From Calcarisporiella thermophila CBS 279.70 (taxonomy: Eukaryota; Fungi; Calcarisporiellomycota), in the NCBI RefSeq assembly GCF_041956535.1, contig NW_027192227.1, positions 74,977 through 138,976 of the forward strand: a stretch of 64,000 bases of DNA, in the 5' to 3' direction. Shown here one piece after another: positions 11,978-25,700 of the stretch. The notes below the pieces were generated by a model. It ran no database searches. It was not told the DNA's origin and saw only the letters and a list, made by a program, of their open reading frames with translations. Position 1 is the stretch's first letter; the number at the start of each line of letters is the position of its first letter. The position numbers and the translations under genes were made by a program.

Positions 11978-11988
11978 TTCAAGAGCAA

Positions 11989-13761
11989 ATGTCTTCCGCC
12001 ATTGTCACCCGCCGATTGCTAGCTGTTCCAATGAATACCGTATACCCTACTTCTGCAGACGATTCTATAGATGAAACTGAAAATCATCTGCGGGAGCATC
12101 CTAATCTTTGGGATATACTCAAGAATTCAGATGCTTTGCAATTCCAACTCAAGCTGAATTCATACACCGATCTACATCATCTTCTCAACGCTCAATTTTT
12201 TTTGGATGGCATCTTACTACCGGAAAACCTTTTCAATCCTCAGCTATGTACTACAGTTACCAACAGTCAGTGTATAGAATACTGCTCTTACTTCAAATGC
12301 CTTTCTCTTCCGAAACGAATTGATGACAAAATCTTCAGATGGCCAACAAGATTTAATATTGCCAAAGAGAAACTGCTCATGGATCAACTTTTTCATGTAT
12401 ATTTGAGTGCTTGCTGTGTAGACTCTATACATCCAGACCGGGAAGCTTTTCTTAAATGCTATTACTGTTGCGAACTCGAGCCTGCCCTCGTCCACACCGC
12501 CGTCGCATATGCAGCTATCCATTTATTGCTTAAGCATCCAGAAAAACCCCTAAAGAGTAAGCTTCATGCGGCTGTAGTGAGTCTATTTGAACAGGCTAAA
12601 CAGTCATTGGCAGACGTATTTGATGTCCCATCACCACAGATAGTACTTGCCTTTTTAAATATGAATAATTGTCTACAACTGCTTTCTCGTTATAAAGATT
12701 CATATGCATTGTATTCCCAGCTTGTACAGATGGCCCACTCTCTTCATATGGACAAGGACGATGCTACTGAGAAGGATCCTGTGCAGCTAGAGTTTCGAAG
12801 AAGAATCTGGTAATAGCATGCATTTATTTGCTACATATGTTAAGTGTGTATACATTGTCATTATGTGAATCAAATATTTCAAAGGGCTGATGTTTGCATG
12901 CGCGAATTGCTCTATGTATTTTATTTCGACATGCCGTCTCTGATAACCATGGATATCATCAAATCATCTCCTAAACCGACGGTGACAGCGAGAGATAGCG
13001 AGTCGTATAAGTGTAAAATGGTAATAGCTGCCATTAAATTATATCATTCCAAATTAGCTAAATAGATAATTCAGGTACAATTTTTATTGGATATTATCAC
13101 TTATTCTAAGCTCATGGCGCTACAGAACATTGATTGGACCCTCCCCGATGTTATAATTGTGCAAAACCTTGCTGGCCTTGCTGCATACTTGCAAAATGAA
13201 CAAACAGAAACATTTCAATACTGTGGTGAAAGCGACCTGCAAAAGATTTATTTTCCTATTGCAAATTACAATTTTTGGGAACAGTGGTGTGCACTTTGGC
13301 GACAATTTATCAAGTCAGACGCACCTACAGGGAGATTGGAAACAGATTTAATGCAGCAGTTGCGTGTAAAGGCACTCAACGAGTTTATTAAGGTAAATGT
13401 AATTTTGGATTCTGTATACCGGTTGAATGGCGCATTATACCGTTTACACCCCATTAAGTAGGGTCTAATATATCGCATAAGGTTCATTGCATGGTCGATT
13501 AATTCGCAAATCAAATGTTTTTTGAGAATCCCTACGACGATGCATAATATTTGCGAAGATGTTAAATTCATCACTCAAATGCATCCCGGTGTCCGGATAC
13601 GTCGCAGAATATTCCAGGAGATTTTCAAAATAGTAAATATTCTGCAATCACCGGAAACGAGAGGAATTTTGACACAGCTGCTCACACGTCAATTAATGGA
13701 TGTATTAGAAGAGATTAAGCCAACAGTATTTTCAAAGGAGGTGCTGGAACGAGCAGTCTAA
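11989..13761 (+). CDS. MHR-2: Fungal_trans/MHR-like protein without Zn2Cys6 domain
   Basis: Same 4-exon structure and open frames as MHR-1. The family start codon reads ATT here (12001); an in-frame ATG lies at 11989. Confidence 0.75.
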
Positions 13762-13959
13762 TATAGGCAGAAAAATATCAGAAATTGGAAAAAAAACTAT
13801 ATTGGGGTGGTTGGATTATGTATTTTTATTGCGTAATTTAAATATGAAACGACGAAAATAATGCTTTACTGAATAGACTACTTGAACATTGTGTCATTTC
13901 CAACATTAATGAAAACAGCTAAAAGATTCTATATTATACGGTATCTGTCGAAGGCTGTC

Positions 13960-14300
13960 TCCCTATTGCAATTTTTACTTTAGCATGATAATTTCTTCGC
14001 AAATAATTCCTATATTAACAACACTTAGCCCCTTGTAATTTTGGCAAAACAAACCACTGGAACCATACTTATCTGAGCCTGCATATTTGAGTCTCACAAT
14101 TTGGATGATAACAATTTCTCTATCTTTTTATTTTTTAATTGCTATAATCAAATTCTTGCTTGTTCAAATCTATGGTTTTATTTTATTGTTCCTCACCGAT
14201 TAGCTCTCTTTATTAAGTCTATCCTAGTGCACCGTTACAATTGGTGCTTAGCTATTAAATGTTGTTAAGATTGTTTCTTGGCAGCGCTGATTTGTTTAGG
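13960..14300 (+). mobile_element. Gypsy 5' LTR-like end plus primer-binding-site-like stub
   Basis: ...CCGTTACA (ends 14239) followed by ATTGGTGCTTAGC; homologous to 18385-18720, which leads into the gypsy gag region. Confidence 0.55.
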
Positions 14301-14489
14301 ATATATGGTGACCGAGTGCACTCTTTGCTTTGCAACCAATGCTTTCACGATATATTTACAGCAATGAAGTAGCTCTTGTAAAATGGAGAATAAAAAGGGA
14401 GAAATACAACATTTCACAGCATATCAAATATATTCCATTTGCTTTCAAACATTATTATTATTTTTGCTAATATCGTCAACCTAACAAAG

Positions 14490-16176
14490 GCAGAAATAAA
14501 GATGACAGTTTATTTAGACGACCTATTGATCCGGTGTCGTCATTGAAGTTGTCCAGGATCCATACTCAAATGTTGATCAAACTATTGGTGAAGTTCGGCT
14601 TCGTCGCCAACCTTTAGAAGTCAACACTTACGCCTTCTCAAGAAATCGAGCATTTTGGATTCAAGGTTCTCACCCGGGAAATGTCTCTCAGACTTCCAAG
14701 GAAGAAAATCAGAGATATATACAGGAGAGCGCTCAGCTTCTCCCCGACAACAAGCGGCATTTCTGGGAACTACGAATGTAGCCTGCATGAGTTCATGCTG
14801 GGAAAGCTATTCGCTCTTTCACTAATGGTATCCTTATCCTCAACCTTGACATTCCCAACTGGAATATCCCCTTTCCCACCTTTGGTCCCAGTAAAAAGCG
14901 CTACAATCGACGTGTCAGAAGAAGACTACCTAACAATACCAGTCGACAGCTAACAGCGGTCACCAGAGGAGAAAGTTTTCTACATCAAGTGGAAGAAACT
15001 CAAAGTCGTGGAGTTGTGTCTGGATCTTTTCCCTCTCACAGGGGAACAACCCTACTGATTCGGATAGACAATATTACGACCTTAGTGTATCTCAAATCTG
15101 AGGAGCCTACTCCTCTCGACTCTGCGAGATTGCCCGGAAGATCTGGACAACTTGCTTGGAATGTCGCATTCATCTGGTTGCAGAGCATATCCACGGCCAT
15201 CTGATCACCAAGACGGATGCGGAGTCCCAGGAGATCAGGGTGAACCAAGCATGGTTCATCAATCGTCGCCCATTCAACAAGATCGAAAAAGCATGGGGAC
15301 CACATATAATGGTCCTATTCGTGGACACACTCACAAATCGGCTCCCTTTATATTTCTCAAGATACCCTGGGCAAGGGAGAGCAGCAGTAGATGCCCTAAT
15401 GCAGAATTGGGTCAAGAATTATTAGAATTATAAGAATTCATATGCCAACCCTCTGTGGGCATTTACAGTATATCTCGGGTTGTATGCAAGATAATACTGG
15501 AGAAGGATTAGATGACGCTGGTTACTCCATATTGGCCATCAGCTTCCTGCTTCCCCATTTTTCCAACAGCTGAAAATTGCTAAGCCAATCAAAATTCCGA
15601 GGAAACCGATCCGACTAGCCACTCCCTTAGCGAAACGCTTTCTATAAATCAAGTCAGTTTTTGACAGTATAGCGCCTCTCAGGGAAGAAATGGATCACAT
15701 GGTGCAAAGAAAATGACCTCCCTCCTTTCCTCACCCCGACCTAATTTCCTGGCGAGCCAATACACACAAGGGGTATCAGCAGATTCCTGATGCTTATATC
15801 GCACAGCTACCGAGGAACTACCATCAAACCATCAATCCCAATTCGAAGTTATTGTCGTTAGATTTCACATAGCGGTAGATATATAGGTTTCCCCAATGAA
15901 TCTGGTAGAAGACCTTATCGATATCATTCCAATTTTGGAATACTTCAGAGAAACGCAGCAATATACTTTCCCTAAGCAATCTCATTTACAAATTGGCATG
16001 GCACCTATCAGTATTCACTTTTTCTAGAGTATCCGAACTACACACATGGAATTCCAGTTGAACTCGGTCGGCGAAACAATCTTGAAGGGGACGAAAATAT
16101 CACTAGAGAAAACAAAAAGAAATCGGCATCTAGAGTATAAATTTAATACTAAGCCGTAGCATACGCTAGACTTATT
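14490..16176 (+). mobile_element. Second DIRS relic, 5'-truncated and highly degenerate
   Basis: VYLDD at ~14508-14522, MSLRLPRKKIRDI, LLIRIDNITT, KIEKAWGPH and IPRKPIRLATPL match the 8.8-12 kb element; it ends in the same terminal hairpin motif (16148-16176). Confidence 0.8.
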
Positions 16177-16371
16177 TTTATTTTGTACGAAAATTTACAG
16201 CATTGTAAGATGGTTGATTCCGAATCAATCGAGTCTTGAATTACAGCTGTTAGCTCTCGATTTTAAATATGGTGGCTAATTCTAGATTTCTATACCAATT
16301 TTCTACCACTGAATTTGGAAGCGAATATAGATATCCTGGATTCCCCCATTTCGAGAGCAGTGTCTTCAGCC

Positions 16372-18137
16372 ATGTATATCCGCCAATTGCTAACTGCGCC
16401 AATGGACACCGTATGCACCACTTCTGCGGACGATTCTGTAGATAAAACTGAAAACAATCAACTTGAGAGTCATAATCTTTGCGACTTACTCATGACTTCA
16501 GATGCTTTGCACTTCCAACTCAAGCTGAATTCGTATACCGATCTACATCATCTTCTCAACGCTCAATATCTTTTTGATGGCATCTTACTTCCGGAAAACC
16601 TTTTCTGCCCTCAGATATATACTACAGTTACCAATAGTAAGCATCCAGATTACTGCACATACTTCAAATTCCCTTCTCTCCCGAGACCTATCGAAGATAT
16701 AATCCTCAAGTGGCCAACAAGATCTAACGTTGCCAGAGAGAAGCAGCTCATTGACCAACTTTTTCATGTGTATTTGAGTGCTTGCGGCGTAGACTCTATG
16801 CACCCAGATCGTGAAGGATTTCTTAAAAGCTATTATAATTGCGAACTCGAGCCTGCTCTCGTCTACACCGCCGTCTCAAGTACAGCAATCCACTTATTGC
16901 TTAAACATCCAGAAGCTCTACTTAGCAGTAAGCTTCATGTAGCCATAGGGGGTCTGTTTACGCAGGCGAAACAGGCATTGGAAGATGTATTTGATGTTAT
17001 ATCTCCACAGATTGTACTTGCTTTTTTAAATATGGAAGCATGTCTGCATTATCTCTCTCGTTATAAGGACTCATACACATTCTATTCACAGGCCGTACAG
17101 ATGGCGCTCTCTCTCCAGATGGACAAGGACGATGCTACAGTGATGGATCCTGTGCAGCTAGAGTTTCGAAAAAGAATCTGGTAATAGCAAGCATTTGCCT
17201 GCAACATATGTTTGATATATATATTGATATCATATAAATCGAATGTTTCTAAGGGCTGAAGTTTGCTGGCGAGAGTTGTTCTATGTATTTTATTTCGATA
17301 AGCCGTTTCTGATTAGTATGGATATTATCAAATCATCTCCCAAACCGACGGTGACAGCGAGAGATAGCGAATCGTATAAATGTAAAACGGTAATGGGACG
17401 TAATAGCCGCTAGAAACCCATTTTATTCAAAGTTAGCTAAAGAGATATATCAGGTTCAATTATTATTGGATATAGTCACTTATTCTAAGCTTATGGTGCT
17501 ACGCAACATTGATTGGACACTCAGCGACGTTAAAATTGTGCAAAACCTGGCTGGCCTTGCTGCATATTTGCAAAATGAACGAACTCAATTAATTTCACAC
17601 TTTATTGAAAGCGACATGCAAAAAATTTATTTTTCTTTTGCAAATTACAATTTTTGGGAACAATGGTGTGCACTTTGGCGACAGTTTATAAAATCAGACG
17701 CACCTATCGGGAGATTGGAAGCAAATTCGATGCAGCAATTGCGAAATAAGGCATTCGACGAGTTTGTCAAGGTAACAGCATTTTATATTCTACATACAGG
17801 TTGAACGGCATTATACCATCTACACCCCATTATGCAGGGTTTAATCTATCGCATAAGGTTCTTTCAATGGGCAATTAATTCCCAAATCAAGTGCATTTTG
17901 AGATTTCATACATCGACTCATAATGTTTGCGAAGATGTTAGATTCATCACTCAAAGGCATCCCAGTGTTCGAATACGACGAAAGATTTTCCAGGAGATCA
18001 TTAAAGTAGTAAATATTCTGCAATCAGCAGAAACTAGAGGAATTTTGAGACAGCTGCTCACACGTCAGTTCATGGATGTGTTAGAAGAGATGAAATCAAC
18101 AGTATTTTCAGAGGATGTGCTGAATCGTAAAGCTTAA
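16372..18137 (+). CDS. MHR-3: Fungal_trans/MHR-like protein without Zn2Cys6 domain
   Basis: GCCATG at 16372; four exons homologous to MHR-1 with conserved splice sites and open frames. Confidence 0.8.
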
Positions 18138-18384
18138 AAAAAAAAACCAAAAATGTATCAAAAACTAGAATTATATGCACTGTATATGTTGGAGTGATTG
18201 GATCATTCTATACTAATACATTAATATCATAGTTTAAATTTGAAACGGCGAAAAATATTATTTTTTCAGTGTAGATTATTCGATAAAATATGATGCACTG
18301 ATCATCATATTTTATCGAAATTCACTGCTATTTAAAACTTCGTAAATTCTATAATATAAAGTGGTCATCTATTTTATCACTATA

Positions 18385-21300
18385 CAGTAGCAATTGTTAT
18401 TTTAGCTTGATGACTTCTTCACAAATACTTCCCATTTAAACTACAAAGCTTGCACTTAATAACTGCGGCAAAACAAACTACTCGAACCTCACCTCTCTGA
18501 GTATTTGAATGACAGAATCTCATGATTTCGATGATAAAGATATTTCTATCCTTCCATCTCTTAATTAGTACGATCAACATCAATAATTATTTAAACCCAT
18601 TGTTTTGTTTTATTGTTCCTCACTGATTTACTCTTATTATTAAGTCTACCACAGAGCACCGCTACAATTGGTGTTTAGCTGTTACACTTTGTCAAGCTAG
18701 TTTCTTGGCAGCGATGCTATTCTCAAATTAAATGGAGACCCAGTGCAATCAAGACTCTTGTCTCGAATTTCCACTGAGTAACTATGTTGTTGATATTCAC
18801 TAATGAACGGGCTGACCCCAGACTTGTTGTGAATGCCCTGCAGTTTCTGGGTAGTGTTGAAATATGGTTTAAGACAAGCTGATGCCACCGCATGTTACCG
18901 CTGTTGCTTCCCATTATCTTCCCGGCAATATTTACTGGGCTGCGCTTGGGAAATGGGATTGGACACATCAACTCTCAGCCTAAGTCGCGTACTAGTTGCC
19001 GATACGCCAAGCCTTTCAAGTGCCCGGTCGGATTTAGGAGCGCCGCCCAGGGCATGCATGAATTTTAATGAAGCCGCTCTGCCTTGCTGTTTACCGTGAG
19101 GATTTTGGGATATATCCCACGGAATCCCATTATTACAAGCCTCACCCAACCATCCTCATGTCTGAATTCAGGAGAATCGTCGGACTTTTAATCTTGATTC
19201 AGGATATGGAAAGAATTCATATTTCTCAAAATAGTATGTTTCCTACTCAGATCGACAATTATCTAAAAGGAGAACTTACGGCACAAGGAGAAGCTGAAGA
19301 GCCCATTTCCCTTTAGGCAGTACCAGCCATCCTTGTCCCAAAAAAGGCTGTACGGCTACGATTTTGCATCGATTTTCTACGATTGAATACAGTAACCTCG
19401 CTGACCGGTATCCATAGCCGAGGATCGCCATCATATTGCCCCATTACTCCGAAAAGACACGGGCTACGACGTTAGATGCCAAAGAGAGTTCCGCTGTTTA
19501 TTCACCTCAGAGGAGGTTCAATTAGTGGCTACATTTCGAACCTACATGGGTATACACCTATATGCTCGAATGACGCTCAGAGTAACGAATGGACCCCGCG
19601 TTTCTTAGAAACTAATGGGTCATTTCTTTGGAATATTCTATAAAGGAGTTTTCGGTAGTCTATATTGGTGAGTGATTTCGACCAAGGCCTTTGAAGAATA
19701 TCTTTTGTACTGCTCGGCGAAGCTCTCTCTCACACATGGAAGTAGCCACACCTCTTCTCCCCAAAACTCACCGTGCGCGATCGTTCAGTCTCTGGACAAA
19801 TGATTGCGACTCTGGAAGAAGAAACGCAGGTCGTCTCGCAATGTGTAAAATCAATCGCCGTAATTTTTCAGCCTTTAAATGCACTGTCATTTTATACGAG
19901 GTTAAAAATATGCCCCTAAGCCACCAACTGTTCGATCAAAAATAACGCAGACTCAGGAAGGAAGTGGAGAAGTACCCCTCTTTCTTGTTACTGAAAGAGA
20001 CTGCTCTGCACCAATTCCAGCTCATCCTGACTTTATTCGACCATTCCACCTTTACAACGATGCTAGCGCTGTTGGACTCTGTGTCCTACTTACACGAAAA
20101 CATGAAGATGCAGAACGTGATGAGAGATCCTAGAGCGTCATCTGGTACCTTTCCTTTAGCTCAAGCCTGCAGAGCAGTATTATTTGGCAGCCGAGATGGA
20201 GTGTCTGGGTGTAATATGGTCATTCACCAAACTTAGCCTATCTTGCCAGCTCCAAGTTTCGGATACCGACCATATTGTGCTCCGATGGATTATGGATTTC
20301 GATGACCAAATATGCTGGATTTCTTCTCTGAACAATTCACGTAGAACCTCACCACAATATAATGGCTATAAATCACAACCCTGGTTGATCTCATGCCAGC
20401 ATAGATTCAATATCTAGGAAGTCTTTTTCAGAAGTAAAAGCGCCGCTCCCACTCTTCCTTTTTCTCAGATCTTCAATGATGAGAGATTTGCCTGTTACGA
20501 TCGCGACTAAAAGTTCTCCTGGGTAATCAGCATTCTAACACTAGACCCCAAGGGCAGAAGAACTTAAGTGTAGGCTTTCTTTACGAAGTATGGGGTTTTA
20601 TTCCTGCAAAGTTTAGGCAATAATGATCAAGATCGCTTCATCATTCTTGATCATGCAAATTTCAGGTACTCACTAATACAAAAGGTGCATGGCCAGCTCG
20701 ACCTACTCAGAAAGAAACAGGTCGTTAGAATTGCTTCAGCGATAATAATATCGGCTCGAAATGGCTTTGATACTCGAAATATCGTATCTAGTTACGCTCC
20801 CAGCTAACAGGATAAGTAATCATTTCACAAGACGTCCGACCTTCTCACACTATAGCATATACCAAGGCAAATGTGTCAAGTTTCCATGGGCTTGCTTACA
20901 AATTTCTCGCGATCACTGGATGGCTATGACGTGACACGGAGTTAGTAGATCGATTGACTAAATATGCGCATATTTTTTCCAAAACAACGCGACCATCACC
21001 GCTGTTCAACTCTCCCAACTTACTCGACTTTATTAGAACATGCTGTTTCCGGTACACGGAATATCCAAGCGTAACAAAGCAGGCGGAGATACCAAATTCA
21101 CATCAGCATTCTGGAACGAACCCCATTCGACACTATGGGCATGATTGTCACTGAGTACGGCTCAGCACACTCAGACAGACGGGACAACTTAACGACGCAA
21201 TCAGACACTAGTGGAAATGCTTTGTCTCTTCCTTAGTTTATACCATGGCGCCTGGGATCATTACCTTGCATTCGTAGAATTGCCTATAGTAAACCTTTTC

Positions 21301-22180
21301 AATCAACAAGTGAGGTATTGCCATATTTTCTAAACTTAGGATACCATCTGTTCATACCCGTCGCTCTGTTGATGCTACACACTGAATCACTTAGAGTAAA
21401 ATAAATAAAAATCTTTCTTCAACGCCACTCTACTTTACTGCTTATGGCTCGAAGCGAAATGACATCGTCCGGTTGAATTTGAGGTTAGGAACACTGTGAG
21501 GTTTATTGCAGAGAAACTACAACAGCCTGTGGACGTTGATGAGAATACAAAGAAGTTCATACCTCAGTATTTTGGACCGCTTTTCATGAAAAAAAAGTGA
21601 ATCAGCGTGCCTCCACACTTATCGTGCATTTTTTGAATTCATCAGATGCTAATCATGTTTCAACTGAAACCCTTTGCATATACTCCAAACGAGCTCAGGG
21701 CACACGAGCTATACCTTCCTTCCATTATCCAAAACTATTCTAAATCCTCAGAGAATGGGGAGGAAGATATCCTTCGACTACACGGTCACAGAAAAAGAAG
21801 ATTTGTTCAAATGGCGACTATATCACGATGAAAAATCATGTGTGAGCCACTTAAACATCTTTATAATGCTCCAGGTGTCATTTGACGAATTAAAGTCGCT
21901 GTATCGTCTCAATCGGCGCGATGTCTAACCTCGAAGGAGGGACAATGTAGCGACTTAACTACCCTTATCTCTTAGTAAGGGATATGGTTTTTGTTGTCAT
22001 TTGGTTATTTGTTTTTGGTGCACAACCTTTTAAAAGAATTTTGAGTTTGGTCTTGAAAAGCACCCACACTGTATCATTTATCCTAATCCTATATAAACAA
22101 ACCTACATTAATTTTATTGCACTCTACCTACTTTCTATTTTTATTAGGATCAGATTGGCTACCTACTGAAACGAACCAAT
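18385..22180 (+). mobile_element. Degenerate Ty3/gypsy chromovirus-like LTR retrotransposon
   Basis: LTR-like end CCGCTACA (18666) plus ATTGGTG; RT remnants (ILVPKK, RFCIDF, DRYP); RNase H (EMECLGVIWS, TDHIVLRWI); integrase (HTQTDG...RNQTLVEML); chromodomain remnant ~21760-21900; PPT GAAGGAGGGACAA; 3' LTR starting TGTAGCG at 21946. Many stops and frameshifts. Confidence 0.8.
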
Positions 22181-22755
22181 ATAGTGCCAAGGAACTTCAC
22201 TTTGTGATTCAAGGTGTTGGCCGCCGTTATTCCGGTACCATGTGAATAATCTTAACGTAAAACTTGACTCCGTTCAATATCCTGAGAATAAATGCTTTTT
22301 TGATGACACTAATATTTTCTAAAATCGATTGAAGCTTTTCGCCCCACATTCTATATCACGCTCTTAATTGAAATTGTAACATTTAATAAGATAATTGCAA
22401 TATACTTAAAACTCGATTCACTATAGGTTTATGCCAGATGTTGTGAAGTTAATAAAGAAACTAAGCATTCAATATTTAACACAATGATGGGGGCTATTAG
22501 ATGCCAATTAAATGGCTTAGATATACCATCATTCACACCAAGGCAATACAAAAGCTAACCTTAAACACTCTAAAATCCTTTGGATTTGTTACACAACAAC
22601 TTTTATGTATGTTTTTGAGTATTAAATTAGAAAATATATAAAGAATTTTCGAGGTCGGTATATATGTGTAAATTTTTCTTGGAACGTATTTTTATTGCAT
22701 TATTGACGTTCAAGTAATCCTATCCAAGTATAGGAGCACCATTTTTACGTCATCG

Positions 22756-25700
22756 ATGGAGCTTTCCGACTCAAATGGTGCTAGTAATGCCAAATCTACC
22801 TCACAGTTGAAGAGAAGAAAATTTTTAGCACCTTATTTCTCAAGCTGCGAAAACATAATGAGAAAACCTCCAAGATATATTACTTTCGCCTTTATCGATA
22901 TGCTAGCCAATTTGATGTGCTCTTGATTTTGTAGATATTGATTTGAAATCTAGGTCGATTCCAAAATCTTATCATATATTTCCTATAGCCTCGGAATATT
23001 ATCTAGTGTTACGGCAGGCGTTTCTAGGTCGTTTGCTATTGTATTGCTTTGGAAAGCTGTCGCTACCATCAGTTCGATAGGAGACTCTAATACTAACAGC
23101 CAGGAAATAATCAGTGATATTGTGCCGTTTTTGGGAATAGTTATTTCAGTCATGCTTTCATCGTATTTGTTAAATTGTTTTTGGTCCCTTGCAGGTGAGA
23201 ACCAGACAAAGGTAGATAATTGATTCATAAATTCCATGATATGGATTTTGAATGCATTCCGTGACATTTGCATAGCGTATCCGCGAGCTCTACTTCCATT
23301 CAATTCTCCACCAAGATCAGAGCTGGTTTGATCTTAATCAGTCGGAGTCACTCAACACTCGTCTTTCATCGGATACCCTGCTTATCCAAGATGGCCTTTC
23401 AGAGAAAGTTGGGTTCCTCCTGAAGGACATATTTTTTGCCATAGCTTGCTTTACCCTAGCATTTTATTATGGGTGGAGGTTGTCAGTTGTATTGCTTGCG
23501 ATTGTACCGATGCTTATATTTTCAGGCTATGCATTCGCACAAGTATTAAAAGATCAGACCGAAAAAGTGCAGAATGCCGGAACCTTGATAGAACAATGTG
23601 TTTCCGGAATTCGCACCATTATCGCCTTTTCCATGCAACCTCATTTTGTCCATCTCCTTAATTCATATCTCAATATTGCCTATCAAGCTGGCGTTCGGAA
23701 AGCTTGGAAAACTGGTGAGGCAATTAACGGTAATACTTAATATGTGAATGTGTATTTTTAACATTGATTTTGAAGGCATTTGCATGGGACTGGTTATGTT
23801 CATTGATTTTAGTGCCTATAGCTTAGCATTTTGGTATGGAGCACGCCTAATTTCTCAAGGATTTATCTCAAGAACGGCTTCATTGCAAGCCTTTTTTCTA
23901 ATAGTTGCAGGATCCTATACAATAGGGTAATTTTTTTCTATTCTTTGCAAGCTTCTGAATGATAACTAAATCCATCCAAATTTTTAGCGAAATAGCACCC
24001 AATTACAAGGCACTTGTGGAAGCTCAGGTAGCAGCGCATAAAATATTTCCAGTCATTGACCGTAAGCCAGCTATTACATCGAGTATAAAATTTCAGAGCA
24101 AGGGTATAAAGCGTAGTGCTTGCCAGGGTGATCTCACATTTCATGATGTTCATTTCAGCTATCCTTCTCGACCCAGTATCCAAGTCTTGTCTGGAATCGA
24201 CCTTAGAATTCCTAGTGGAAAAACAGTTGCAATCGTTGGTGCTTCTGGAGGAGGAAAATCAACCATTACTCATTTGATACAACGCTTTTATGATCTAATC
24301 TCGGGAAAGATTCTGCTGGATGGAGTGGATTTGCGTGAGCTTGATGTAAGTTGGCTGCGGAAACAAATAGGAGTAGTAGGGCAAGAACCATTCCTATTCG
24401 ATGACTCTATTCGCAACAACATCGCTCTTGGTGCTTCCAATCGCAATCCGACACAAAAGGAGATCGAGGAAGCATGTATTATGGCAAATTGTCACGATTT
24501 CATCAGCAGTTTGCCTCATAGTATGACACAAGGGTTGGTGAACTGGGCTCTCAACTATCCGGAGGCCAAAAGCAGCGCATTGCACTGGCGAGAGCCTTAA
24601 TTCGTAATCCAGCAATACTGTTGCTGGATGAAGCGACGTCCGCTCTGGATACCACATCTGAAAAGCTGATGCAAGACGCTCTGAAATCTGCATCCAAAAA
24701 TCGGACGACTCTAATCATTGCACATCGACTTTCAACGATTCGTGAGACCGATTGGATTGTAGTGATAGAAAATGGAAAGGTAGTTGAGCAGGGCACACAT
24801 GCAGAATTAATGGCAATTGAGGGCACTTATATGGCCTACGTGCAAAAGCAACAGCTAAAAGATGACGAGGATAACAAGGAAGAAAGTTCTATTGATTCAA
24901 ACTTTAAGGTTGCGAGTAAAATAGAGCACAAAAACAAGACTAGTTTAACAATTGATTCGAATTGTACCAACAAATTGGTAAATTCAGTTGGAGTGGATAT
25001 CACTTCTGAAAAACGACCAATATATAGGGCGTTGCGATCGATGTCCCCAGAATGGAAGTGGATTGGATTAGCCGCATTTGGTGGTCTTGTTTATGGAGCT
25101 GTGAGTTGCTTTTTAGTTTTTTCTAATCAGATATAATTGCTAAATGATTATTTTTCCAGGTTGATCCTATTAGCGGTCTGTTAATTGGTTGTATGGTGGA
25201 AGTGCTTGGTCTACCAGTAGATCAAGTGGAGGAGGCTGCCAAATTTTGGTCGCTCATATACCGTAAGAAACTCGGGTTTTACTCAATTCTGTTCGGACTA
25301 AAATTTACGTATAATACCCTCTTGCATTATAGTTGTGTTGGCCCTTATAAGTTTCTTTGCGACTATTCTCAGAGACGGGATTACTATGTTTTGTGGTGAG
25401 CGATTTGTTCGACGATTGCGAGCGCAAACGTTCAGTAATCTCTTGCAGCAAGCAACAGCATATTTCGACCATCCTGAACACACTACAAGTGCTCTTACGT
25501 ATAGATTATCCAAAGACGCTACAGAGATAACAGAATTGCCGAAAATGATCATTATTGATGGAGGAAGTGCTCTCTCGGCAGCTGTTTTCGGATTATTCAT
25601 AGCTTTTAGATATGGATGGAAATTGACCTTGATGCTACTACCGACCGTGCCTCTTATAATAGGTTCATTGTTTTTCCGCTATAAGTCACTGGGAGGGTAA

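Noticed and set aside
14240-14252. Assigning the primer-binding-site-like TGGTGCTTAGC to a specific tRNA
   Set aside because: Cannot be matched without the organism's tRNA set, and self-priming is possible in chromoviruses.
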